Origin: a virus
Lineage: Duplodnaviria; Caudoviricetes
Reading direction: 5' to 3' (one strand)
DNA length: 53,931 nucleotides
IMG/VR virus record: IMGVR_UViG_3300035667_000105
Location: 1 to 53,931 of that record
Of the stretch, positions 36,717-44,635 are shown piece after piece. Position numbers and translations under genes: made by a program. The notes below the pieces were generated by a model, which made no database searches, had not been told where the DNA came from, and saw only the letters and a list, made by a program, of their open reading frames with translations. The stretch's first letter is position 1, and each line of letters begins with the position of its first letter.

Positions 36717-38627
36717 CTACAGTACCAGCAGGCCGCGACGTTCGTAGACCGACTTGCCGCTGTGGTGTTTGAAGGTGGCGGCGCCGACACCCATGCAGAT
36801 GGTCACCAGGCCGTCGATCGGTCCGCGCGAGCGGTTCTTTTCAAAGCAACGGTTGTTCTGGCCGTCGGCGAGCACATAGGCATTGCCGGCGCAGAAATAG
36901 GTGACCGGCGAATGCTCGATGGTGATGCCGCCGTTGAGGACGCGGTCCTCGAGCCGCTCGATCGAGCGCGGCATGCACAGCCGCTCGATCGGCTTCTTGT
37001 CGGCATCCAGTTCCTTGTAGAACAGGACCTTGTTGCCTTGTCCGTGCGAAGCCATCATCAGGCCGGAACCAGGCTGAGTGTCCGGACCTTCCCAGAGCCA
37101 CACCGGAAAACCGATGTCGCCGCAGGCTTGCATGAAGTCGCCGATCTTTGCGGGATCGAAGACCAGGAACTGGACGTCGAACTCCTGATCCAGCTTCTGC
37201 ACCTGGGCGGCGACGAAGGTGTAATCGATCACCGGGCCGTCGACGTCGATAAGATGCTTTTCCTCCACCCACTTTTCATAGGGCGCGTTGGCCTTCTTGG
37301 CGCGATCGGCAAGGCCCGACTTCGTGGTCCAGTACCAGGTCTTGGCCCAGAGGTGCCCTTTTTCGTCAATCCATACCGCGGTCAGCGCCGTGAGGTCGTT
37401 CTTCTTCGACAGATCCAGCGAAAGCCAGCAGCGGCATTTCTTCAGGGCAGGGAGGTCGACCTTGCCCTGGACCGCCGCCCAGGCTTCTTCGGCAATCCAG
37501 AAATCGACCGAGCCGAGCGGAATCCCGAAATATAGCCGCTTCACCGACATCGCGGTGGAGATCAGCTCTTTAGCGCTTCTGACCCGGCCGCGGATGTTCT
37601 CGATAGGGAAGGTGATGCCTAGCGCTGGCAGCGCTTTGATCCAGCAGGCCTCGTTGTCAAAAACTGTCTCGCGATCCTTCTTGTCGACGCGGGCAATATA
37701 AGCAAAAGCCTCGTCGTCCTCGACATCGCCCTTCGCTACCTTTTGGTAAAACTCCGAGAGCTCGGTGCCGACGATTTGCGTCGAGGCAGGCGTGTTCGTA
37801 CCCAGCAACATCAGCGCATCGCCCGGTTGCTTGACGACCGCTTCCTCCCAGGTCTTGATCGGGGCAACGTCCTTGAACTCGTGGATTTCGTCGGCCGCCA
37901 CCACGATCGGCCGAGGCCCAGATTTGGCGGGGCCGTTGGCCAGTGCCTTGAACTTTGATTGCGTGGCCGGGCGTTCAATCTGCCAAGCGAGATCTCCCTC
38001 ACCGCGAATCACCACCTCGCCGCGGCCTTCTAGGGTATCGGTGTCATCCTCCAACGTACCCGGAATGTTGGCCCGGCACATGCCGACTGCGTCCTTGAAC
38101 AGCACGTTCGATGTGGCCTTGTCCTGGCCGATCGAATAGGCCTCAGCGCGCTTCACGCCGTACCAGCCCATCAGGTAGAGACAGATGCCACCCATCAGCG
38201 GCGACTTGGCCTGGCCTTTGCCGGTCTCGATATAGCCGCAGCGGAAGCGCAGACGGCCCGAGGCGAGCAGCCAGCCAAAGAGAGAGCCGACCGTGAACAT
38301 ATGCCAGGGCAGCAGCTCGAACGGCTGGCCGGCCTTGGCGCCGGCAGTGATGGAGAGCACAGCCGGAAAGAATTCGAGTGCGCGGAAGGCCTTCATCTCG
38401 GGGCGCCAGAACAGGCCGCGCTTCTCGCCGTCGATGATGTCCTTTAGATGCCGTTCGCCGGCAGCGATCGCGAGCTCGCCGGCGACGATCCGGGCGTGCA
38501 GCATGTCCAGCGCATAGCGGGTGACCGGATCGTCAGGATACCGATCGGAGGTGATCCGGTTTAGGTTTGGAGAGGAAAGCGTCGGCCCGGCTGGTGCGGG
38601 TTTGTTTGCGCTCGACCTTTCCGCCAT
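36717..38627 (-). CDS. terL: Terminase large subunit
   Basis: Walker A-like GKGQAKS, Walker B VAADEIHE, LDLSKKNDLTA, IDGLV. Confidence 0.95.
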   Translation of the reverse strand: MAERSSANKPAPAGPTLSSPNLNRITSDRYPDDPVTRYALDMLHARIVAGELAIAAGERHLKDIIDGEKRGLFWRPEMKAFRALEFFPAVLSITAGAKAGQPFELLPWHMFTVGSLFGWLLASGRLRFRCGYIETGKGQAKSPLMGGICLYLMGWYGVKRAEAYSIGQDKATSNVLFKDAVGMCRANIPGTLEDDTDTLEGRGEVVIRGEGDLAWQIERPATQSKFKALANGPAKSGPRPIVVAADEIHEFKDVAPIKTWEEAVVKQPGDALMLLGTNTPASTQIVGTELSEFYQKVAKGDVEDDEAFAYIARVDKKDRETVFDNEACWIKALPALGITFPIENIRGRVRSAKELISTAMSVKRLYFGIPLGSVDFWIAEEAWAAVQGKVDLPALKKCRCWLSLDLSKKNDLTALTAVWIDEKGHLWAKTWYWTTKSGLADRAKKANAPYEKWVEEKHLIDVDGPVIDYTFVAAQVQKLDQEFDVQFLVFDPAKIGDFMQACGDIGFPVWLWEGPDTQPGSGLMMASHGQGNKVLFYKELDADKKPIERLCMPRSIERLEDRVLNGGITIEHSPVTYFCAGNAYVLADGQNNRCFEKNRSRGPIDGLVTICMGVGAATFKHHSGKSVYERRGLLVL

Positions 38628-38982
38628 TGTTACGCCGCCGCGGACTGATGGCGAGCTCGGCCTCGAGCGTCGCCGCGGCCTCGGCCGCCTGCTTCAGAAT
38701 GCTCCATGCCGGGTGAACCATCGGCACTTTGGTTTTCTTGGCTTTACGGATCACGCCACTCATGCCGATGGTGCGGGACTGCCGCTCGCATTCGACCTGG
38801 AAGATCACATAGCGCTTGATCGCCGGACCGTTGACGATCGACAGCGTGTTCGCCGCGGTCATCTCGGCGACGACGTCGCTCCACAGCTGATGCGCGAATT
38901 CGCGATCGACCTTGGTCCGGTAGAGCTTGGCCCAGTCCGGCTCGGCCGGTGCTGCGCTGCTGCCAGGATTGATTTCAGCCAT
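38533..38982 (-). CDS. terS: Terminase small subunit (P27 family)
   Basis: HPAWSI..ELAISPRRR. Confidence 0.85.
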   Translation of the reverse strand: MAEINPGSSAAPAEPDWAKLYRTKVDREFAHQLWSDVVAEMTAANTLSIVNGPAIKRYVIFQVECERQSRTIGMSGVIRKAKKTKVPMVHPAWSILKQAAEAAATLEAELAISPRRRNNGGKVERKQTRTSRADAFLSKPKPDHLRSVS

Positions 38983-39083
38983 TTGGAGCCGAAACCCCCC
39001 TTCATATTTTTGCTCCCCGCGCGCAGGCAGCTTGGGGGCCGGTCAGCGGGGCGGGGGGCTCGTACTGCGAAACCCCCCACCCC

Positions 39084-39434
39084 TTATGCGCGTTTGTTTG
39101 CATTCCACGGATGATCGCTGGCGATCGGCCGTCCGTTATCGTCACAACCAACCTCGAAGCCTCGCACCTCGATGGCTTGCTCGATGATGTCGTGGCATGG
39201 CTTGCAGTCGGATAGGAGTCTGCCGTACCAGAACAACTTCGGGTTGCCGTTATGTTTCTTGACGTGATGGACGACAGTTGCTGGTACCGTCAGGCCGCGC
39301 TCTTTGCAGCGCTGGCAGTTCGGTTCGGCCTCGAGCTGGGCTGTGCGCCGGCGCTTCCATCTGGCTAACGAGTACCACTTACGCCACGGCTTCTCGGCTC
39401 GGCGATGGGCGTCGTATGCCCGGTCCCCCGTCAC
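39084..39434 (-). CDS. Packaging-associated HNH endonuclease
   Basis: EPNCQRC..VVHHVKKH..CKPCHD..DHPW; directly upstream of terS. Confidence 0.85.
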   Translation of the reverse strand: MTGDRAYDAHRRAEKPWRKWYSLARWKRRRTAQLEAEPNCQRCKERGLTVPATVVHHVKKHNGNPKLFWYGRLLSDCKPCHDIIEQAIEVRGFEVGCDDNGRPIASDHPWNANKRA

Positions 39435-39637
39435 GGCGTGTGCAGAATGGCGTCGACGTAGCCGTTGAGAACCACAGCCCTGACGATCGTGGCTGTTAGT
39501 CTGTCCGGATGCTGGCCCAGACGATCTGCCTCGAGCAGAAGCTGTTGATATTCGGGCGACGTCAACCACGCATGCGCGACGCTGTTGCGCGGCGGCGAAA
39601 GCTTCGGTGCAGCAGCTGCAGGCTGGGCTTGCGTCAT
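39431..39637 (-). CDS. Hypothetical protein
   Basis: GAGGAG SD; coupled to the HNH gene. Confidence 0.55.
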   Translation of the reverse strand: MTQAQPAAAAPKLSPPRNSVAHAWLTSPEYQQLLLEADRLGQHPDRLTATIVRAVVLNGYVDAILHTP

Positions 39638-39654
39638 GCGCTCCTCGCAATGAG

Positions 39655-39680
39655 AGAGGCCGCCGATCGCGGCGGCCTCT
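39655..39680. terminator. Perfect 11-bp hairpin
   Basis: AGAGGCCGCCG-ATCG-CGGCGGCCTCT; no clear U-tract. Confidence 0.45.
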
Positions 39681-39706
39681 TCAACTGAAGCGCGGCGCGT
39701 AGAACG

Positions 39707-39820
39707 TCAGCGCTTGGTGGTGCGCTTGGTTGCTGACGACCTTCGCGCCGTGGACTTTGCCGGACGTTTCGCCATCTTCATCTTGGCGGCCGGCTTGCGT
39801 TTCGTTGTGCTCGTGGCCAT
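39707..39820 (-). CDS. 37-aa very basic histone-tail-like peptide (copy 1)
   Basis: MATSTTKRKPAAKMKMAKRPAKSTARRSSATKRTTKR; AGGAG SD. Confidence 0.6.
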   Translation of the reverse strand: MATSTTKRKPAAKMKMAKRPAKSTARRSSATKRTTKR

Positions 39821-39878
39821 GCTGGCTCCTGTGTCAACGCAGGCAAATCACCTGCAGCACAGAGAGAATCACGGTCGA
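39745..39878. repeat. Direct repeat copy 1 (53-bp identical core 39826-39878)
   Basis: CTCCTGTGTCAACGCAGGCAAATCACCTGCAGCACAGAGAGAATCACGGTCGA, also at 40251-40303. Confidence 0.95.
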
Positions 39879-39908
39879 CTCGGTCGATCAAGAGTCGGGA
39901 GCGCACGA

Positions 39909-40163
39909 ATGGTAGACGTTGAAGCAATCCGCAGAATACACGAAGCGCGGCTAACGATAGCCAAAGCCTCCCAGATTGATTACGCGGATGGCATCCAATG
40001 CATGGTGGACTGCACCGAGCTACTGCAAGAGATCGCTCGGCTCAATAACGAGGTGGCCGATCTGAACGGGTTGATCGCTGCATACCGCAAATGGGCGCGC
40101 GAGTGTCCGATCTTGGAGATGCCGGGCGTGATTACCTTGGGAAATACCGAACAGGCCTGCTGA
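39909..40163 (+). CDS. Hypothetical coiled-coil protein (cargo 1)
   Basis: GGGAG SD; MVDVEAIRRIHEAR. Confidence 0.55.
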   Translation: MVDVEAIRRIHEARLTIAKASQIDYADGIQCMVDCTELLQEIARLNNEVADLNGLIAAYRKWARECPILEMPGVITLGNTEQAC

Positions 40164-40245
40164 CGTCCTGCGCGCCGTGGAACTTGGCCGGACGTTTCGC
40201 CTTCATGTTGGCGACCGGCTTGCGTTTGGTAGTGCTCGTGGCCAT
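40132..40245 (-). CDS. 37-aa basic peptide (copy 2, diverged C-terminus)
   Basis: MATSTTKRKPVANMKAKRPAKFHGAQDVSRPVRYFPR; AGGAG SD. Confidence 0.45.
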   Translation of the reverse strand: MATSTTKRKPVANMKAKRPAKFHGAQDVSRPVRYFPR

Positions 40246-40303
40246 GGTCTCTCCTGTGTCAACGCAGGCAAATCACCTGCAGCACAGAGAGAATCACGGT
40301 CGA
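40171..40303. repeat. Direct repeat copy 2
   Basis: See copy 1. Confidence 0.95.
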
Positions 40304-40330
40304 TTCGGCGACGCAAGATGGAGATGCTCG

Positions 40331-40666
40331 ATGCCGTTGGTGAACTTGAGTGACGACGATATTTTTACGCTGCGGGCGGCGGTTGAAAATCTTCGTTCTC
40401 CGGACAAGGCGCAAGAGCGAACCATCGAAGCCGCATGGCGCATTGCCTCCAAGCTTGAAGCGATAACGGCCCGGACATCGGCAGCGGGGCCGGCATTGAA
40501 AGACAGACTGCTAGGAGTTGCGCTTTTGTCGCTGATAGCCGGCGCAATCTTCGGTCTCGTAGCAGCGCACATAGGGACTGCGATGTCTCTCGCAAGCACA
40601 ATCGGCGCTTTCCTTGCCATTGCCCTGGTGTGGCGGGTCTTGTTTACAAAGGCTGGTGTCCGATAA
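40331..40666 (+). CDS. Two-TM hypothetical protein (cargo 2)
   Basis: GGAG SD; two C-terminal TMs; stop codon lies inside the lox-like arm. Confidence 0.55.
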   Translation: MPLVNLSDDDIFTLRAAVENLRSPDKAQERTIEAAWRIASKLEAITARTSAAGPALKDRLLGVALLSLIAGAIFGLVAAHIGTAMSLASTIGAFLAIALVWRVLFTKAGVR

Positions 40667-40686
40667 CGGCGGTTATCGGACACCAG
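40653..40686. other. 34-bp lox-like recombination site
   Basis: CTGGTGTCCGATA-ACGGCGGT-TATCGGACACCAG; perfect 13-bp arms; about 250 bp from a Cre-like recombinase. Confidence 0.75.
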
Positions 40687-40774
40687 ACCTATGCCAAGGC
40701 CGTCCCGATCATGGCGTTGCCAAGCTCGCCAAGAGGTTTAGGGTGGTGGCCCTACCACTTAAGGGAGAGACAAA

Positions 40775-40933
40775 ATGGCTGTCGGACCGAACAATCCAGC
40801 TGAAGGCGACAAAAGAGTGAACCAAGGCAACGACCAGAAAGATAACAAGAGAGCGCACGGAGGCGGCGAATCCGATGCGGACAAGATCGGAAAGGGTATC
40901 GACGCGGTCGATAAGATAAACAAGGGCAAGTAG
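40775..40933 (+). CDS. 52-aa hydrophilic peptide (not in ORF track)
   Basis: AAGGGAGA SD; MAVGPNNPAEGDKRVNQGNDQKDNK..DKINKGK. Confidence 0.5.
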   Translation: MAVGPNNPAEGDKRVNQGNDQKDNKRAHGGGESDADKIGKGIDAVDKINKGK

Positions 40934-40939
40934 ACCCGG

Positions 40940-41866
40940 TCAAAGAAAATCCCCGCCGGCGTGGGTGTCGAAGTCGTTCTCGCGCCGGTCGTATTCCTTC
41001 AACGTGTCGACCTTCACGTGGCAGGTGATCGGCATGATCTTGAGCGGGTCGACGCCGGCATCGAGCGCCGAGGTGACGAAGCCGGCACGCAGCGAGTGTC
41101 CTGAGAAAACCTTCGCATCGATGCCGGCGGCCGCCACGGCGCGTTTGACGATGCGGGCGACGTCGCGATCGGAAAGCCGCTGCTCGAGCAGCGCGCCGGA
41201 TCGGTGCACCGATCGGAAAATCGGGCCTTCAGTGATCCCGGAGGCGTTCAGCCAGGCTTCGAGCGCGTCGACCGGCCGCAGCGCATTGCCGCGCGGCACG
41301 GGAATAAACGCGCCCTTGCCCTCCTGGTCCGTCTTGGACCGACGTTTATGCAATACCACGCCCTTGCGGCGCCATTCGATGTCCGGAACATCCAGGGCGA
41401 CCAGCTCGGAGCGGCGGAGCGCCGCGGCGAACCCCATCAGTACGATGGCGCGATCGCGGTGGCCTGCGAGCGTGTTCGGAAACACCGCCTGCAGCTTGGT
41501 GATGATCTCGGCCGTCGCCGGCGCCTTCTTGGTCGGTCTGGTGCCAAGCGTGCGCCGGATCCCGCGCATCGTCGCCTTGACGCCTTCGGCGTTGGTTGGC
41601 GGCTCTTTGTTGGCGGCCAGGTGAGCCGCCCGGATTGACGCCACGTGTCGCTGAATGGTTGCGGCCTTCAGCCCGCGATCGGCGAGCTGGGCCAGATAGC
41701 GGGCCACCGCGATGGGCTCCGCCGGCATACTGTTCAGACTTACAGTATCGCACCAGGCGCAGAAGTCGGCCCAATCCGATTTGTAGGCGCGCCGGGTGCC
41801 GACAGCTTTTTCGGCCTCGATATAGGCGCGGACCGATGCTCGCGGGTCGACGAGTTCGGTGGGCAT
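40940..41866 (-). CDS. Cre-like tyrosine recombinase (intact)
   Basis: TRRAYKSDW..F.AWC N-terminus; RDRA..GFAAALRRSEL, RSKTDQ, SGHSLRAGF, H(TCH), Y(KEY). Confidence 0.9.
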   Translation of the reverse strand: MPTELVDPRASVRAYIEAEKAVGTRRAYKSDWADFCAWCDTVSLNSMPAEPIAVARYLAQLADRGLKAATIQRHVASIRAAHLAANKEPPTNAEGVKATMRGIRRTLGTRPTKKAPATAEIITKLQAVFPNTLAGHRDRAIVLMGFAAALRRSELVALDVPDIEWRRKGVVLHKRRSKTDQEGKGAFIPVPRGNALRPVDALEAWLNASGITEGPIFRSVHRSGALLEQRLSDRDVARIVKRAVAAAGIDAKVFSGHSLRAGFVTSALDAGVDPLKIMPITCHVKVDTLKEYDRRENDFDTHAGGDFL

Positions 41867-41915
41867 CGGGCACCCTCAGACGAGGGAGAAAAAATAAGTT
41901 TTGTTAGAAGGTTAC

Positions 41916-41943
41916 TTGCGTTTGTACACTTTTAGTGTACACT
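41916..41943 (+). promoter_or_regulatory. Sigma70-like promoter containing a palindromic operator
   Basis: TTGCGT-N16-TACACT overlapping TGTACAC-TTTTA-GTGTACA. Confidence 0.6.
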
Positions 41944-41993
41944 GTTTTGAGCGTTGGGAATTACCCCGACGCGAAAGGGAAAGGACCCCTAAG

Positions 41994-42284
41994 ATGTTTA
42001 ACTTCTTCTCCAAATCGAACCCGCTCAAAGAAGTGCAGTTGCTTCGCGACAAGGCCGAACGGATCGGGCTTGCCTATCTCGAGGAACTGGCAGTGAACGG
42101 GAAAATCACCCGCCCGCTGATCATTCAGATGGCTCGCACGATGAACGAGCATCCGGATGAAATCATTGAGCGGATTCCGGATCGTCGTCGCCCCTCGCGT
42201 TATGAGAAGGCGATGGCGGGTCTGCGGGCAGCCAATCTGGTTGGCGAACGTCAGACGTTCCACGAGCAATTCGATAATAACTAA
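41994..42284 (+). CDS. Hypothetical 96-aa protein
   Basis: AAAGGA SD. Confidence 0.65.
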   Translation: MFNFFSKSNPLKEVQLLRDKAERIGLAYLEELAVNGKITRPLIIQMARTMNEHPDEIIERIPDRRRPSRYEKAMAGLRAANLVGERQTFHEQFDNN

Positions 42285-42294
42285 AACGAGAAAC

Positions 42295-42318
42295 GCGGTC
42301 CCCGGAAACGGGGACCGC
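42295..42318 (+). terminator. GAAA-tetraloop hairpin between the two moron genes
   Basis: GCGGTCCCCG-GAAA-CGGGGACCGC then ACGTTTT. Confidence 0.6.
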
Positions 42319-42349
42319 ACGTTTTCAACTGGCAAAAAGGAGAGCAGCC

Positions 42350-42847
42350 TTGGCGAGTGTCTATGATGTATTGCGCAGGCGGTGCGGCCTCTCGCAACAG
42401 GAGGCTGCTGATCTTCGCGGCGTGCGGCTCGATTCGGTGAAATCGTGGTGCAGCGATCGGCGGCCTGCGCCGGCTGAAGCGATCGAGGAGCTGCGTGACC
42501 TCGAGGCGAAAATAGCCGCGGCCGGCGCGCGCTACGCGAAGGAAGTAACAGCAAAGTCAAAATTCGACGGCGATCCCGGCGAGCGCGTCTTTTCGGTTGC
42601 CGAGCCGATGGATGAACTGCAGGCCGTGGCATTCGGCTGGCCGACATCGAGCGTTTGCCTGGCCGCGGTGGCCGCCGCGATCGCGGCGCTTCCCGCCGGC
42701 GCGACGATCAGGATGGTCAACCAGGACCTAGGTGTAGGGATCCCGCGAGCGCCTGCGGCGCCACGCGCCCGTGATGATGTTCCGAACCCTGCACCCGGTG
42801 GTTTTCAGTCGAACGTCAATCCTGAAATGCGCCGTCCGCGGCGTTAG
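42350..42847 (+). CDS. HTH protein (Aca2/YdiL-like architecture)
   Basis: LRRRCGLSQQEAADLRGVRLDSVKSWCSDRRPAP HTH; AAGGAG SD, TTG start. Confidence 0.7.
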   Translation: MASVYDVLRRRCGLSQQEAADLRGVRLDSVKSWCSDRRPAPAEAIEELRDLEAKIAAAGARYAKEVTAKSKFDGDPGERVFSVAEPMDELQAVAFGWPTSSVCLAAVAAAIAALPAGATIRMVNQDLGVGIPRAPAAPRARDDVPNPAPGGFQSNVNPEMRRPRR

Positions 42848-43107
42848 TCCGGAATGCCCGGTCTAACTTCTGCGGCCGGCGCCTCCTCGTTGGCTGCTGG
42901 CGCGCTTACGCTTCGGCGGCTTCGCAGCTGGACAAGTTCTTGTTCGTGCCGGGCCAACCGGCGTTCAAACAAGCTGCCGCCTGCCGTGCCAGCCTTCGCG
43001 TCTGTGACGTTGTCGGTCATTCGAGAGAGCCCCATCCGTTCCGTTACATCCACGGCCGCAGCGCCCACGCCTATCGCTGCCCTCAGCGCTTTCGCGCCTC
43101 TCGAGTT

Positions 43108-43464
43108 TCAAAGTCGCTTGGCGTGGCCCGTCAGCTGCTCCCACCGCGCGATCGCCAGCCCGCAATATTCCGGACTGAGCTCGATGGCGTAGCAGCGGCG
43201 GCGGGTCATTTCGGCCGCGATGATGGTGGTCCCGCCAAGCTTGGTTCGCCATTCCGGCTCATAGCCGACACCGTATGGAGGATCGGTGGCCATCAACCGC
43301 GGCCGGGCATGGCCTAACAGCTGATGGACAATGGCGGGATCGGTGGCGTCTCCGCAGGCGAGCCGGTGTTTGCCGAGCTGCCAGATGTCGCCGTTAACGA
43401 CGTGGACGAATTTGTCCGGCCGAATGAACGCCGGGGACTCCAGTGAAGGCATGATCTGAGACAC
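43108..43464 (-). pseudogene. Internally deleted N6/N4 DNA methyltransferase
   Basis: GDIWQLGKHRLACGDAT..TDPPYGV joined almost directly to GTTIIAAE..IELSPEYC; central region missing. Confidence 0.8.
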
Positions 43465-43469
43465 GATTG

Positions 43470-43568
43470 ATCCCGCCGTGTGCGCGGTGGCGGGATGGCC
43501 GGATGCCGGCCGGGTCAGGTCATGCGAGTGAGTAGCTCGCGGCTTGGGTGACGCACCCTGGCCCCCGT
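43470..43568 (-). promoter_or_regulatory. Four-hairpin structured leader of the MTase remnant
   Basis: Stems GGGTG/CACCC, GCGAG/CTCGC, GGCCGG/CCGGCC, ATCCCGCC/GGCGGGAT in series. Confidence 0.5.
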
Positions 43569-43588
43569 CTTTTCAGAGGGAGCAAATT

Positions 43589-43843
43589 CTATTCTCTCGG
43601 TGGCCAAGTCCAATAGCGGTTCGGATTGCTTTCCGAGCCCCGCGTAACAGACCCTTCGTCCCACGCATCGACGCCCCAACCAATCACCTTCAGGTTGGCG
43701 TACTGATCGCCGCTGGTTTGAATGACGGTCGCGACATATGGGCCTGCGCCCTGTCCATTGAGGCCATAGCCGGGTTTTGCGGGATCGCGGTCGGCGATTG
43801 CCTTACTGAAAAAATGGACCGTGCGGCCAACAGTGGCTTTCAA
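43589..43843 (-). CDS. Phage hypothetical protein
   Basis: MKATVGRTVHF..NLKV..WTWPPR; GAGG SD. Confidence 0.7.
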   Translation of the reverse strand: MKATVGRTVHFFSKAIADRDPAKPGYGLNGQGAGPYVATVIQTSGDQYANLKVIGWGVDAWDEGSVTRGSESNPNRYWTWPPRE

Positions 43844-44038
43844 ATCATAATCCTCGACGCCTCGCGACTAGCTAACCTCCGTAGAGGCCGCTGCTGTGGC
43901 AGCGCTTGCGCGCCGCGCCGTGACACTCCCCTTGTGATCGGTCGATGCCGCGGCCCGCGCCGCCTGAGAACGGCGCGTTCACGTGTACGCGACGATCATG
44001 GATCGGCCGGAAGACAATGTGGTTCACATCGCAGCTTT

Positions 44039-44635
44039 TTATTCGGCCGCGGGCAGGATGTGATCCAGGTCCACTTCAATGACGTCGCGGCCGAACAGTG
44101 TCGTCCCCGCGAGCCGCACCTTGACATGCCCGCGCGCGTCTATGGTGTGGACCTTGGCGCGCATGCGAACGAACCCCACGGTGACGTCGACCTCTTCGCC
44201 GATCATGAACCGGCTGTCGCCGCATCCGCCGAGCCGTTGCCGACGCAGCTGCTCGATGCGGCGCTCTTCGGCCGCCACCCGCTGGATTTCGCTGTCGGGA
44301 AGGATGGCCAGTCGGTCGTTGAGCCAAAGGAAATCCATGACGCCGGGTGTGGACCGCACCGCCTGGAACTGTTCGTCACTCAGCACGGCCGGCACGAAGA
44401 AGTAGGGCCGCAGCATGGGCTCCTCGACGTCGCGCACGCGATTGCGCCCGGCGCGGCGCTGCCGCGTGACGATCGGGATGTAGGGATCGATCTGCAGTTC
44501 GAGATCGCCGAATCGCTGGCAGGTGGCGCATTCGCGCTGGGCCTTCGCGATCACGATCAGCCAGTGGCTCGGCCGCGGCGCTGGCGGCGACGCATCGGAA
44601 ACGGCCAAGCCCTCAGCTTTTATTTCCTGCAGCAT
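44039..44635 (-). CDS. nusG: NusG-family antiterminator
   Basis: NGN domain (PMLRPYFFV..TPGVMDFL) plus KOW-like GEEVDVTVG. Confidence 0.85.
   Translation of the reverse strand: MLQEIKAEGLAVSDASPPAPRPSHWLIVIAKAQRECATCQRFGDLELQIDPYIPIVTRQRRAGRNRVRDVEEPMLRPYFFVPAVLSDEQFQAVRSTPGVMDFLWLNDRLAILPDSEIQRVAAEERRIEQLRRQRLGGCGDSRFMIGEEVDVTVGFVRMRAKVHTIDARGHVKVRLAGTTLFGRDVIEVDLDHILPAAE

Noticed and set aside
38983-39083. cos site
   Set aside because: The position between HNH and terS fits, but I cannot identify the exact sequence.
39826-40303. CRISPR array or DGR template/variable repeat
   Set aside because: Only two copies about 425 bp apart, no cas or reverse transcriptase gene, and differences are not adenine-specific.
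40653-40686. Protelomerase (telRL) site
   Set aside because: The centre is not palindromic and no protelomerase gene is present.
39745-41866. Integron (attC array plus IntI)
   Set aside because: The recombinase is Cre-like with no IntI-specific insertion, and the repeats lack proper RYYYAAC/GTTRRRY ends.
41889-41912. Second lox-like site upstream of the recombinase (ATAA-N6-TTAG)
   Set aside because: Arms are not complementary beyond about 3 bp.
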